Shown: positions 10,883-24,400 of the stretch, one piece after another
Position numbering within the stretch: position 1 is the first letter of the stretch
Layout of the letters: each line of letters begins with the position of its first letter
Origin: Oculina patagonica
Taxonomy: Eukaryota
Reading direction: 5' to 3'
DNA: 64,000 nt
Assembly (NCBI RefSeq): GCF_052425735.1
Contig: NC_135770.1
Span: 27,156,001 to 27,220,000, forward strand
The notes under the pieces: model-generated
Database searches by the model: none
Told to the model about the DNA's origin: nothing
What the model saw: the letters and a program-made list of their open reading frames with translations, nothing else
Program-made: the position numbers and the translations under genes

Positions 10883-13315
10883 TTATTCTTTTTGGCCAAA
10901 GTGAAGCTTGACGTCATCGCCAATGAGTACAAATGGAGCCCAGTACTTTACGGCGTTAAACTTCTCTGTCTCTCTGAGAGATTTCATAGCTTGGTTAAGA
11001 GCCAAACCGGCGCTATATCCACGACCCAGGTTTTCGTAGAAGCTTCTCATAAACTCCATAGTCGCCTCGTCATCAATAGCCCAGAGTGACACCAGAACAG
11101 ATCGAGCACCAGCACCCAAAAAGGCCCGTGCGATACCTACTACACCGTCAGCAGTAACCGTCCCTCGACCACTGTGGCAGCAGCTAAGCACAACAAGCTT
11201 TGCTCGAAGCTGAACAGCTTGCACATCTGCTACTTTCAAAATATAATCTTCTTCTTTAGGGATCCTTGACGTCCATCCGGGGTTTGGAGCCAAAGCGATT
11301 TCACCAGTTTTAGCATCTCCATGTGCTGCAATGTGCACTAAAGCAACCGAAGTGATTTGCTTTAGCACCTCGCCTTTTGTTGCTTCCTTTCCAGTAAGAG
11401 GTGGCGTCTTTAGTATTGCTCCTATCATCTTTGCTTCAACTCTAGCATATGACAACTGGGGCAAAATGGGTTTACCTCGCTTGTTGGTAATTTCCTCTAC
11501 ACATGGATCTCCTACAATCAGCGCCCCATTCTGTACATGGTAGTCCTTTGGCGAAGCCTCGATCAGTTTTAAACTTGTCAACGAGGGAATAATACGGATC
11601 CTAATAAAATCGTTTAGGTACCTCGAATCAGAATCTAAAAATGCAGCAAATGGTGCCAAGCATAATGGACCATCTGGAACAATGATAGCATCGTCCCCTT
11701 GAAGCAAGTCTGCAATAGGACCAACAGTAATATCGTACAATAGCCGCAGAGATTTGGTCTTGCATGGTAATGTGGAATGTGATATTTCTTGATCAGAGTC
11801 GTTATTTAACGGCAATCCCTCGTCACCTCTTAGCTCGTCCAATGAACGATTCTCACATTTAACAGCAACACCAACACCATTTGCTTGGAAAGCAGTTTTC
11901 ATTACATTTTGTAAGAGGGTAGTAGCATCTACACCTGTACGTATATTGTCAATCTTCTTTTGTCTAAATTGGATTCCATTTCCCTTGCAGAGAATCCAGA
12001 AATTGATTGTGTCACTTCCAAGTGCTACAAAGACTGTTTTTGTGGATACATCGCTTAATATGTAAGAGACGGCTTCGTTAGGTTCACATGAGCCAGAAAG
12101 AGATTCCTGAAAGCCGTACTGCAATTTTAAGAGATCCATCAAAGCTTGTGCTCGCCCTTGCTCAGCAGCACACAAAGCCTCGTCAGTGCTTTCAGTCCTG
12201 AGTAGAGTGGTCCATAGAGCTGTGTACACGTTTTGATGATAACTACGAAAACGTATCTTCCACTCGTCTTCAGTGTGAAGGAGAGCTCTCATATCATTGT
12301 AGAGCTTTACACTACATCCATAATAATCGATAGCCTTTCGTAAAGATCCCAGGGATTCAAACGAAAAACCCAAGGAATAACATGCTAATGCTTGGCCAGC
12401 CCTGTCCCCAACTTCTTTAGCGATGCTCAAATGTTGCTTATGGTATTCTATGGCTTTTTCATGCTCACCAAGACCATCAAAAGCATTGCCCAGATTACCA
12501 CAGGCTTCTCCTTCTTCAGCCTTGTCTCCTACTTCTTTGGAAACGGCAAGATCCTCCTTGTGGTAAGCTATGGCTTGTTCAAAGTCACCGAGAGCATGAT
12601 AAACATTGCCAAGATTGCAAAAGGCACGCCCTTCGCCAGCCCTGTCCTCGATTTCTTTTGCAATACTAAGATGCTGTCTGTGGTACTCTATTGCTTCTTG
12701 AAATTGACCGAGACTATCATGAGCATTGCCAAGATTGCCATAAGCAGCTCCTTCCCCAGCCTTGTCGCCTACCTCTTTGGCAATTAAAAGATTTTGCTTG
12801 TGGTACTCGACGGCCTGTTTCAATTCTCCGAGACGACGATAAGCATTTCCAAGATCGCCATAGGCAGCTCCTTCTCCAGCCTTGTTCCCTACTTCTTTCA
12901 TAATAGTAAGACGTTGCTTGTGGTAATCTATAGCCTGTTTGAAATCTCCGAGACGATGATAAGCATTTCCAAGATTACCATAAGCAGCTCCTTCGCCTAC
13001 CCTGTCTTTAAACTCTTTGGAAATGCTAAGATCTTGCTTGTGATGCCATATGGCTTGATTAAATTCACCGACACTGTGATAAGCATTTCCCAGATTGCCA
13101 TACGCAGCTCCTTCTCTAGCCTTGTCACCCACCTCTTTGGCAATGCAAAGCTCTTGTCTGTGGTACTCAATGGCTTGTTTAAAATCACCAAGCCTACGAG
13201 AAATAATTCCAAGATTGCGGTAGGCACGTCCTTCTTCAGTCCTGTCCCCCATTGCTTTGGCGATGCTTAGATGGTGCTTGTAGTACTCCATGACTTTGGA
13301 ATTTTGCTCGACCAT
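10883..13315 (-). CDS. TPR-CHAT protein (TTC28-like tetratricopeptide repeats plus caspase-like CHAT peptidase), single coding exon, ~810 aa
   Basis: ORF 10883-13492; likely start MVEQN at 13315, downstream of the acceptor TTCAG at ~13340. About 8.5 tandem 40-aa TPRs ([30 protein letters not shown]), then CHAT motifs [14 protein letters not shown] (His), LSCCHSG (Cys), SLWAIDD and WAPFVLIG. Confidence 0.93.
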   Translation of the reverse strand: MVEQNSKVMEYYKHHLSIAKAMGDRTEEGRAYRNLGIISRRLGDFKQAIEYHRQELCIAKEVGDKAREGAAYGNLGNAYHSVGEFNQAIWHHKQDLSISKEFKDRVGEGAAYGNLGNAYHRLGDFKQAIDYHKQRLTIMKEVGNKAGEGAAYGDLGNAYRRLGELKQAVEYHKQNLLIAKEVGDKAGEGAAYGNLGNAHDSLGQFQEAIEYHRQHLSIAKEIEDRAGEGRAFCNLGNVYHALGDFEQAIAYHKEDLAVSKEVGDKAEEGEACGNLGNAFDGLGEHEKAIEYHKQHLSIAKEVGDRAGQALACYSLGFSFESLGSLRKAIDYYGCSVKLYNDMRALLHTEDEWKIRFRSYHQNVYTALWTTLLRTESTDEALCAAEQGRAQALMDLLKLQYGFQESLSGSCEPNEAVSYILSDVSTKTVFVALGSDTINFWILCKGNGIQFRQKKIDNIRTGVDATTLLQNVMKTAFQANGVGVAVKCENRSLDELRGDEGLPLNNDSDQEISHSTLPCKTKSLRLLYDITVGPIADLLQGDDAIIVPDGPLCLAPFAAFLDSDSRYLNDFIRIRIIPSLTSLKLIEASPKDYHVQNGALIVGDPCVEEITNKRGKPILPQLSYARVEAKMIGAILKTPPLTGKEATKGEVLKQITSVALVHIAAHGDAKTGEIALAPNPGWTSRIPKEEDYILKVADVQAVQLRAKLVVLSCCHSGRGTVTADGVVGIARAFLGAGARSVLVSLWAIDDEATMEFMRSFYENLGRGYSAGLALNQAMKSLRETEKFNAVKYWAPFVLIGDDVKLHFGQKE
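12300..13300 (-). repeat. 120-bp tandem coding repeat array (TPR units)
   Basis: Near-identical blocks recur every 120 bp, e.g. AAGCATTTCCAAGAT..CCATA.GCAGCTCC at 12721, 12841, 12961 and 13081. Confidence 0.9.
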
Positions 13316-15092
13316 TTTAGCGTATATGATAATGCCAACCTGAATAATTTTCTTGCTCTGTGTCGAGGACTTATCTAGTAGGCAAAAGAATAAGCAGCTG
13401 TTATTAAGCTGACTGGTTCTGATCTTATTAGTCGGTTTTTCGTAGTGTGATTGATTCTCAAGGGTGCAAATAGTCTTTCCCCTCTCCCCCATCTTGCAAA
13501 CCCCTTCTAAATCATAAATACGGCCTGTTAAGTAAATTACAATTTCTCATATATGATGATAACATGAACCGAGGCGTGAATGCCAATTATGACACCTAAC
13601 TTTTTACAGCGCTTGGTACGCGTATTTATGGTTTTACATCGGACTCCTTCTCGATGTAACAAACAAAAGCACTAACATTTGAAAGATACCTTTCGTGTTA
13701 TGTGGAAGAAAAGCTTTGTTCACAAAGGCAGAACATGAAGTATTCAGCAGCACTACTTAACCAGGTTGCAAATGAAAGGATATTAAACTAAATAAACTTA
13801 AATACGGAAAACGATAGAAAAGCCGAATAAATTGAGCTTAGCATGGTCGGATTGAAGAGTTTAAGCCAATGCTAATAGACGGGGTCTTGTTTTATAAACA
13901 CCATCAGAGTTCACTTCTACGGTCTTCAGGTCCGTACAGCTAAGGCGTTCCGTTAAAAGTCAAGAACAAAATAATGACATTTGCGATCGCTTTACAACTG
14001 ATTTATATTTATGGACGTTACTGATTAATGAGTTATTATGCAATTGACTAAATGAACACAACAAGGACTTAAACCATGGAAAAATTCAACTTCCAGCTGC
14101 AGTTGATTACTTACCACTGATTCAAAACGCAGGGATCCTCGTATTTTCTGTTATCAAGAGGAAGTTCAAATTATGGTAATTTCTGAAACTGGTCCAGTTT
14201 GCCGAATGAGACTGTCGTGAATAACCTTTTTACTCTTGTTGATTTGGAGACTGATTTACACCGACTTGAATTTCCAAAAACCTCAGACAGTTAAGTCAGA
14301 CGTTTAGAACTTCAACTGCGACAAACTTTCAAGTGATTATAACTTGTTTCCGTCCTTGTGCTTTTACAGACAAGCGGAAGAGAGAATTACCTTAAATTTC
14401 GATATTTAGGTTTCGCCGCTCAGGTTTAATCTTTCAGTTTCGGCGTCATCAATAAAAACATTTTTCTTTCATCTTTTGTATATAGGTTTAAGATTTCAAT
14501 TTCCTGGCATGTTATGATTTGTAAGAATCGACATTGGTAATTGCGACGTCACTGTTTCTAAATTATTAAGACGAGACCGAATAATAAAAGCGGTAAAAGA
14601 ACTCGAGTAACAGTTTCCAATAGCCTTCCGTTTACTTGCAAAATATGTCACTGATCTTCAATTCTGGGATTGTTTCTTACTGAACGTGTATTGATGGGAA
14701 TGTGCTAAAGTCATCCCAAATCCCTTCACAGCACTGCTGAGGCTCGTTTTTGCTAACAGATAGTATAGGCATAATTACGCAAAAACATAAGCATTTTGTG
14801 CTGTGAAGAGTCTGCGACAAAAGAAAAAAATTTACTTGTTTGCTGATACTAGTTTTACGTGTACCAACAAAAAGAAGACTTAACAAATTGTCCGAGTTGT
14901 AAAATTGATGAGAAGCCAAGGGTATTTTGTTGCATTATTTAAGGTCCCAAAAGGTTGGGGATTAATAGGTCATCTGAAGCAGGTGTTATATGATCATTGT
15001 GGGAAACTACTCGAGGAATTCGGAGGTAAAGAGCCAAAGCACCCTATTTTAATGTCATGAAGTACCAAACGTAAGACAACTTGCAAGAACTT

Positions 15093-15518
15093 TCAATGTC
15101 GCACATTCTCTAGATATCTGTCTGTGTGCGTGGGCTTTCTATAAACATCGACAGCGATGGCACAATTGCTTCGGGTGACTAAGGTGTCGAGAAAAGAGAT
15201 CTTTCCATCACATTCAGTTTCGATGGTGAAAGAAATGTTAGCGTCGATTGAATTTAATGTGTCATAGAAAGCTGACACATGGTCTTTTTTGATGATACAG
15301 AAGCTGTCGTCGACATACCGTTTCCAGATTTTAGGAGGAACGGATGAACTGTTAATCGCACTTTCCTCGATCTCTTCCATACAGAGATTGGCCACGACAG
15401 GGCTAACTGGACTTCCCATTGCGCATCCGTGTACTTGTTTATAGATTTTGTCGTTGAACATAAAATAATTGTTGGACAGGGTAAATTGGAGGAGTGATAT
15501 TATGTCATTGATGTCCAA
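15093..15518 (-). mobile_element. Penelope-like retroelement reverse-transcriptase fragment (truncated)
   Basis: YKQVHGCAMGSPVSPVVANLCM, WKRYVDD, ISFLDTLV and VYRKPTHTDRYL are typical PLE/GIY-YIG-associated RT motifs; truncated at both ends. Confidence 0.85.
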
Positions 15519-18441
15519 ATTTGTTCTCGATGAAAGAGAAGCCAGAGATCGTTTTAAATTTTATAATATGTTGTATCCTGGCTGCGGTCCTTCAATATTT
15601 TCAACCTTATTTATATTAAACTTTTTTAAAAAACCTTATCATTATGCTAAAAACACCTTTACGTTATAACGCGAAATGGCAGGTGTAGTTGTATACTGCA
15701 CCAGTCTTCTAAATTGCTAGATAAACTAACTACTTTATCATTCAAAACTCGGTTTTTGAAAGATATAATATTAACCTTAACTGCAACTTTCACTTTTGAC
15801 AAAGGGGGTACATAATCAGAAATAGGCAACAATTTAGTAACTTACGTAATCCAGGCATTTGCTAATCTGGATATGAAACAAGTTGTTTATCATTTGTAAA
15901 GGAAACCGGGTTCTAAATATTTAAGGTATATTTAGAAGTTGCTCGAGCCTTAGGCTGTGAGTATATTTGATTGGAGTTAATTAAGCATTTAACGAGCATT
16001 AGTCGTAATAATCTTGCGTGTTTCATATGATACAATAAGCTGTTTCCATTCATAATCCAAAGGAAACCGGCATCAATCTGTCTGATTTTAGAGTAATCTC
16101 ATTGAAAGACCTTTAACGCAATCTGGGTAATTCATAAACGAAATCCAGCACCGGTCAGGTTGAGTGATTTCCAGTCGTCTTCTGTGCAGGAAGACAAGTC
16201 AAGGCCTGTTACAGCCCTTACAAGAGGGGAAAATTTAACATGTGAAGAACAGAAAGAACTGAGAACTGTGATCATAACATTTATTAACTGTATTTAGAAC
16301 TAGAGTTGAATTGAAATTCGATATTAATGCAAACTATCTGAGTGCGTCAGTTGAACTCTGTCTTCGTTCTTCCCTTAGAAGACGGTATTTTATCTCAGTA
16401 TCCCAGGGGGGGGGGACTCGCATATGAAAGGGGCGGGGATGCTCGTCGTCTCGCGTAAGGGTGTAAATTTCGGATTTTTGGTTTCGCTTAGGGTGTTTCA
16501 GACAAAACGCCAATGTTTTTAGCCATAAAGGTCTCGTTAAGTACAAATATAAATTCTATTCTTAGTTTTTTGGTATCTTTTTAGGGGTCAAGAAAAGCTT
16601 GAGCCACACCCAGAGTGGTCTCTTTTAACGAACGTCTCGGTACGTTTGCATAAAGCGTTGTCAGAATTGTTACGAAAAGTCCGGTCTTTGGCATTCGATC
16701 TCAGCAACAGCGATAATGTTGAGAAATAACGTTTAGCAAAAATTTGTATAGGTTTTACCAATGAACAAATTGAGGTCGCTTTGACATCACGATTCGTCGC
16801 CATGGCTATGTCAAAAGCGGTTGAAGATACTCTATTTCTGTCCTTGTGAGGTAAACAACTTAAAAATTACTCAGTGAAAGTTTTTTTTTAATATACATTT
16901 TTGCCTAATCGACATAAGAAACATGTTTGCAAAGTTTACAAAACTTCTGTTGACAGAGCTCGGAATTATGTTATTTTGACATAAACGTAAGGTCGCCCTA
17001 AACCCTACCGACAGGGTATTTTTTAGTTCTTAGAAATGTTACTTTTGCATATTGGTCAAAACTAAATCAAAAACGGTCAAAACAAGTGGATTTTCGCCTC
17101 CTTTCACATTGCCATGGCAAAAAATATTTTGACCTTATTGCATCTGCATCGGTCCCAAGCAGATTACTGATAAAAGCGTTACTGGTTTACAGTGAATGTT
17201 TTTCAGCCGCACCGTCGGGCTAGCTGTGATAGAATGCCAAATAAAAAACAGAAAGGTCTAAATTATTGTGAGCCACCTTAACAGCTGCCCATTCTTTGCA
17301 TAATCACTTATTTAGTCCCAACAGTAATCAGCTTTCAAATTCTCCTTATAACAACAAGACATTATTGAGCATTCACGTCAGGAGAATCGAGCCAATAATC
17401 ACTAAAACAGAAATTGTGTTGATATGAAACAAATTCTCTGAGGTATTACTATGCAAAATGTATTGAGACCAGTGGAGAGAATTAGTATCTGGACACTGGA
17501 GTTCATAGCTGAACAACCTCTTATGGAAGCGATGAGAGGCGGCTGTACTTGCAAGCTACCTAAGGGTCGCCCTGTGGCCACTTGAAACCTACTTGTCACA
17601 TTTTCCAAAAAGTCAATAACGAATATAACACAAAGAATAAAGAGGCAAATTTCAGAGATAACTCAGTATATTTACAATTTCTTATGATAATATTGGAACT
17701 TAATTATTTATTGATCGTTTTTCAAAACTATATCGAGCTTTCAAAGAATGCTCCCGCGTAATTAAATGGTATTTTCTCTTAAATTCGTTCTGCGCGTTAA
17801 GAAAGTAACGTCTGATGTCATCATTTTGGATCAGTGTAAAGCAATGCTGGCAGGTTATTGGCAGAGCATGGTTAAAACAATGTTAACAGATCATGGGCAC
17901 GCATGGTTGGAGCATGATTGCCGCAGAGTGGTTGGGGCATGATTAATAAAGCGTACGATTGCTGATTTGATGCAGTATTGTTTGAACCGGGTTTACGTAG
18001 CACAATTTTGTGGGATGAATAAGATAAGCGTTATAAGAGTGTTCTTGTTTGTTTGTTCGTTCATTAGTTACTTTATCCGCATCTTTTGAAGGAAAGGATT
18101 TCCTCTTCTTTTATGGGCATAACTCAGTCCCCAATCCCGTTAACACCATTCTTTGCGACATTCAAAAGTCGACCCCCCTGCCTTGTCTCCTGCAGATTGA
18201 TCCCTGACTGGGGGGTGGTGGTGGTTGGGGGGAGGGGGGGGGGTGTTAAGGGTCGCGGCTTGGGGGCGTTGCGGTGTTTTAACAATACTATGCATCACCG
18301 CTACCATTACCATCATCATCGTAATCATGTATCTTATTCAATTTGTCCAAAATTGCTGCGTTGTCGGAGCTGCGCAGCTTGATGGTTCTAAGAGAGCACC
18401 GTTTTGGCAAGTATTAAACCTTGACTATGTTTCGTTTCTAT

Positions 18442-21400
18442 TCAATCAAACTTGTACTTTTTCCACACTTCGTCAAACAATGGCTTGCACCCGATAGACG
18501 CGCCCAGTTTTGCACACAGCAAAAACGATCCGGACATTTTCCGGTGGAGCGAGTACGTTTCCTCGGGGGGTGGGGACAGGCGATGACGTAGCATGATTGG
18601 CAGGAGTTCCTTGATGCGTCTGGTGGTGTCCTGGGACTGAAAATCAAACGGCTCGTTGCTGGCGAAAGGTTCTCCAAGAATCATCACTGCGTCTGCGTGT
18701 GCATTGATCATCACCTATACCACAAGCAAAGAATCCAATAAAGAGTAGCATTAACAGCGAGGATATATAGAGCCTCGATCAGTTTAAAGTGTTTACGGGC
18801 GTAAGAGCAGAAGAAAGGGCTTCACACGAAACAATCAGTGAAGGAATTATCATCTAAGCTCATCTCAGGAACATAAGCAATTCGTTCCAAAAAATAGAGC
18901 ATTAGTTTGGATCATAACATTTACACATCCAGAGGCTAAGAGTGAATAACAGTTGCTTATCGAGGTTTTCTGGTATGTAAGCAAAGTCTGCATTCGAGGC
19001 TAGTGGCCCATCAGTTTTTCCTGGTTTCTGCAGCATAAAGCGACTAGGAGTATTGCTACTCCCCCCTGGATGGGATGCTAGTCCATCGCAGGGTTACCCC
19101 CCAGCAGTAAATTCGCCAATACCCATTTATTCACCTGGGTGGAGGGAGGCACTATGAGAGTAAAGTGTCTTGCCCAAAAACACAACAAACACAAATGTCT
19201 ATCTACTTAGCTAACTAAAGATACGAAGATTGATCCTTTTGACACGCTCAGTTACCTTGGACTCGTATCCAGTAAGAAAACCCAGGGCTATGGAGTTGTC
19301 AATCACCATGTCCCGGTCTCCAATGGCTGAGCCGCGGATAATCTACATTACAAACACAATGTTGGAAAACATAGGCACGTGTAGCGTACATAGCACTATT
19401 TAGAGTCACAGTAATATGGTTAGAAAAACATCTCATTGAGTGAAACAGATCGGGCAGACAGTTTCTTTCTTTACGAATTTAATTAAGGTTGTTGGTCACG
19501 ACCGACACTAGCTGGGTTTTATGAAAACAGAAACCACCAAAACTCTGAAAATAGCATGAAACTGGAACTATACAGATTTGTAACCAATGGCCTGTTAAAA
19601 GTATCGAAAGGCAGAAAGAGAAAGAAATCTATAAACGGCATTCACACGCTGATTTGATACCAGTTAGTGCGACAAATAAGGGGAGGGGGGATGTTCACAC
19701 TTACCTTAATATATTTGTCTACAAATTTCTTGTCATAGGAACGAGAAGCTCCAAAATCTAGAAGACAAATCTGTAACAAAAGAGTTGTTTTAAAATCAAA
19801 CTTAAACAAACAAACAAACAAATTCATTCAAGATGAAGAAAGAGCGATAAAGTTGCCCCAAAGCCAAATCATGGTGAACGGGGGGGGGTTTAGGGTTAGG
19901 GTTAGGGGGGTTACTTCATTGTTGTCACTTTACACTACAGAAAAACTGAGCTGAAGTTAGCAACAAACAATTCGCAGGCTCCTCCCATCGCTAGGAATGG
20001 AACAGACTTTAGTTTTCTTTTGGCACAAGTGTTGCATGTATACTGTAGGACAAACCTTTTCCTTGACAGGATCGAAGAAGAAATTGGACCAATTGGGGTC
20101 TGTCTGCATAAACCTGAACTCAAACACTTCCTTCAAGCAAAGTCTGAGGATGTTCAAGCATATCTGAAAAAAAGGTGTAGGGCTGACTTAGTACAGGTCT
20201 CCCAAAGCAGTAAATTTATCACATAAGGCAGTCTTCTACCCTTAGGCACAAATTGAAGGTACAATAATTGCAGAAGAGATCTTGTAGCACTGTTTGTGCA
20301 TAGCCTTAGCTTGTCTTTCCGAAGTTTTATATTATTGACAATTTGACCACAACAAAAAAGGAAGTAGGGTCGAGTTTATTCAGACTCTTTGAAGCTGTCC
20401 ATGTTTTGCTTTGTTAATTTTCAGAACTTGGTATGACTGAGAATGTTAAGCAGTGTTGGTTTGAACAAGGTATAGCACGAGCAACAAACCAAAAAATGGG
20501 ATACCAGCCAAAGCATAGTGCTAAATATGCAGTGGCCTTTCCAGCCTTCCGATTGGCTGGTTCTTGAATGGAGATGGTGTAGACTGCTAAATAGTTATTT
20601 ATATTTTCACTCAAATCACTTCCAGCCAGGTGCAGAGCGTGGATTCATGATTACATGCAAGTCACTAGCGTATCTCCCCAGGCCTTATGTTCAACGACAG
20701 TGCACATTTGCAAAAAAAGGGCTGCTTTGCAGTCTATGCATAGTGTGGGATAAATTTTAACAATACCCTAGCAAAGTGATTACACTTGGTCCAGGTCCTA
20801 CAGTTTCTATCAATGAAAGAAAAATAACATTGACAATGCAATATATGTGTGCAAAGGTGAAGGCTGTTCTCAAGCAACATGAATGTGTCATGAATCAGCG
20901 ATGCCCACATTACCTTGTTAATGGTGTCCCTGTCTGGATTTTCAATCTTGTCAAGTGAAGTGCCCTCTATCAGCTCTGTAGTGAGCACCTGTTTAGATGT
21001 GAGGTCTTCAATGACATCGGGTACATAATATTCAGGCATGTCTTTTAACAGTTCTCTAAAGAGAAAAGATAAGAGTCTTGACCCCGATGATAACCAGAAA
21101 TGCATACCTTACAGAACCTCAAATAGGTAGAGGTTTTTAATCCGGGGGGGGGGGGGGGGAGAACTCCCATATGAAAAAAGGGGGATACTCGTCATCTCGC
21201 TTAGGGGTGTAAATTTCGGATTTTGGTCTCACTTAGGGTGTTCTGAGCAAAATGTCGACCGGTATTTTTAGCCGTGAAGGTCGTGTTTAGTGTTGCTTGC
21301 GAAAAAAAAATATCGGATTTAAAATGTTTCAATATGGTATCTTTTAAGGGTTTTAAAAAGTGTTTCAAAATTTCCGACAAGCATCCCTGTCTGTTTGATA

Positions 21401-24400
21401 TGGGAGCCCCCCCCCCACGGGGTTTTAGTTCTGCTGCTAACGGTGTAAATCTGCTCTGGCTGGTGAATTCATTACCGGTATATATTCAACACAACAAGGA
21501 GGATCTCATCAAATTTCCAATCATGGATAAGAGGAAAACTTTGAGGTGAAGTTAGTGTAATGACAAAAAAAGGAAAAGAAAAAACAAAGAGATCCCTGGC
21601 AGACTTGAATACTGAGGTCCAGCAAGTCATCAGTTGGCCTCGATTGTGCTGTGTGAAATCTCTTTTGCCTCCCACACTAGGCATTTGGCCTCACTTTGCA
21701 AGATATTTTAATTGTCACTGACAGTGAAAACCCTGTAGATTAGTATGTTGAACTCAGAATGGCCCACCTAAAGTGCTGTGCATTCTTGGCCTCTCTGAGA
21801 TAGTCAACTTCCCAAGCCATCTCCCGCCGGGCTACATCAATTGCATTCTCTGCATACAGCCCTTATGAAGACAATAGATGAGAATAACAGTCAGAGGGAG
21901 TACAGTAAAGCAATACTGAAAAGATAATGAACATACATAGGAAAGAAAAGTGTATCTGCAAAAAAGTGAATGCAACTCTTAGCAGTACAGCTGTCTGTCT
22001 GTATCAGCATAAGATCTACACTAGAAAAGAATTGCTCGGCCCATAAAAATCAGGACGTGTATCACTTACCGTAAAGACTCGTGTATAAGCTGCACTTTTT
22101 TCCCTCAAAATCAAGCTTCAAAGTTGGGGGTGCGGCTTATCTATGAGTGCGGCTTATACACGAGTCTTTACGGTAACTTGCAATAATTACTATCAGTGGT
22201 TGCTATGCTGGGGTTTGCCGGGTCTCATTGATGGGGAAGAGGGATTGAGTAGGTACTTTAAAAGTAAACTCTTGCCAGACATCATTTAATTGTCTTCATT
22301 GTATACTGGGTCACAATGGTAAACATACCTTCTGGTAAAAGATTACTGACTTTCAACACAGTCATCAAGTTATTGATATCACTGTCGATACTCTCACCAA
22401 CTCCAGGATACTAATCAGAGATTAAAAACAGAAAAAATAAACAACAACAAGAGTGTGTCACTTAATCCCTAATACTAAAAACTAGTACATGTACAGTGGG
22501 GACACCTACATAATCCACACATCTTATTAGGGACAATGCTATTGGTCCCTGAATTTAAAAACTTCTTGTTAGTATACCTATTTAAAACGCAGACAGTAAA
22601 TCTTGATTCTTGGTGAAATGTGGCTGTTGTACTTACAGTTACATGTATCTCTGTTTATGTTGCATAATTTAATGAAAATAATGATTATGATATCATAGTA
22701 CTTAATGATTTTGATTTAAGCTGCAGTCCAGCATCAGGGAGTTCATTAAGGTTTGGAACAGGTGAGCATCAGGGTTTGACACACAGGCAAAGTATCAGCA
22801 AGGTAAAGTGAAGTTGGTTTACAGTAGATGTTGAAAACAGCTGGGCAAAGCTGTGTTCAGAGCTGGCCAATTTGCCTGGTGCCTGGCCTTTAACGGGGTA
22901 ATGCTATGGAGCCTGATACTCAAAAGTTAGCAGCACAATGTGTCATTCAAGTCAGGAAGACCCCAAATTGATCCCATTTTCTGTCAGGCCTCAATCTTTT
23001 CAAGCAAATCCACCCAAGCCTGTTTATATGTACCTGAATCTTTATGGCCACAGGCCGTCCATCTTTGAGCACTCCCCTGTGGACCTGACCGATGGATGCT
23101 GCAGCAAAAGGCTTCAGATCAAACTCTAAAAGCTTGTCACGCCAATCAGCTCCCAGCTCCTTGACAAGAACTTTCTGTAGGAAGAAAAAATAATAATTTC
23201 CTCAATTTAGTTATTTACTTGTTTTCGTTATACAGTCAAAGAAAGAAGGCTCCTCTTGTGTTGACTTTCAAAAGCAACCAACTCCTCTCAAAGATCACCG
23301 TGGCACTCATGAAATTTCTTCATGAAAATTCTCCCTAAAAATCTGTAATTAATAAATAATATCGTCAGCAAGAACAACTACCTTTAGAATTCACAAACTA
23401 AGGTATTCTTTGAAGCGAAACTTTGGACTACAGGCCAGGTTGTCAAAACATTGCGGACAATGTTAATTATTAATCACATACTAATTTTTTTTTTTTTTAA
23501 TTGCAAACACACAAAAGCACATCACTTACAAAAATACAAAAAAGTATGCCCACTACTCACTACTTATTGTACAAATACTTAAGCTGTACACAATACAATA
23601 CGACACTTGCACTTCTTACAATGTACCGTTTAAACAAATATTTTGACACATCAACATAGACCCACCTCCAACTGCCAGCGTGGCATGAAGTCTGCACTGT
23701 CACGAACTCTCTCGAATATTGCCTGCAACTCCGGTGAAATGAATGAGTTGTCTGAATAAAGGAGAAGAAAAAATAATTATTGGTACTAACTCTTTTTTGA
23801 ATCTATATTATAACAATTATATATCATAGACGTCACTGTCAGTAAAACCTCCAGGTAGTTCTACACAAGTACCAAGTTTCACACAAAACGAGATAAAATT
23901 TGGATAGCATTAGATAAAGAATTGTGGCCAAATGATTTGAAGGTGTAATTGTGATTATAATTTGCTTTCAATTTGACTGTGAGTCCCCTTTAATTTCACA
24001 TCAAACTAGTTTATAAAATTTCAATGTGGCAGATCTAGGGGAGGGGCCAAACTGGGGAGAGAGTATCAACAGTGATACCAAAAATTATTAGGCCAAACTG
24101 GGGCCCAAAGGGCTGAGAAAATTATTTTCAAAAGCCCCCCTCCCCCCCCCTTATTCCAGGGTCTGGATGATTGCCCCCCCCCCACTTACCTGAAGGTCTG
24201 GATCCGCCACCGATAACATAGGCATGTGTTAATAATGTTCAGATCTACCATCATGATTGTCTAGAAAACAATACAGTTTTCTGGGTCCAGTCATAATATT
24301 TAGCTTTCAGTGTACTTAATAGTCACCTTGAATGCTAAGCATTTGACCCAACTTTAATGCAGCTCCCCTCATTTTACACAGAGTGCTCACTATTCTCTCA

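Noticed and set aside
12392-13270. Long plus-strand ORFs (131 and 158 aa) opposite the TPR array
   Set aside because: Antisense shadows of the repetitive TPR coding frame; no independent features.
12300-13300. Regular repeat-like periodicity that could suggest a CRISPR array
   Set aside because: Units are contiguous 120-bp in-frame coding repeats without unique spacers; eukaryotic context and no cas genes.
13316-13492. N-terminal 59 aa of the 869-aa ORF (MGERGK...)
   Set aside because: Mostly upstream of a splice acceptor at ~13340 and without TPR similarity; likely intronic read-through, so the start was placed at 13315.
19890-19907. (TTAGGG)3 telomere-like run
   Set aside because: Too short; such runs are common inside intronic repeats and do not indicate a chromosome end or fusion.
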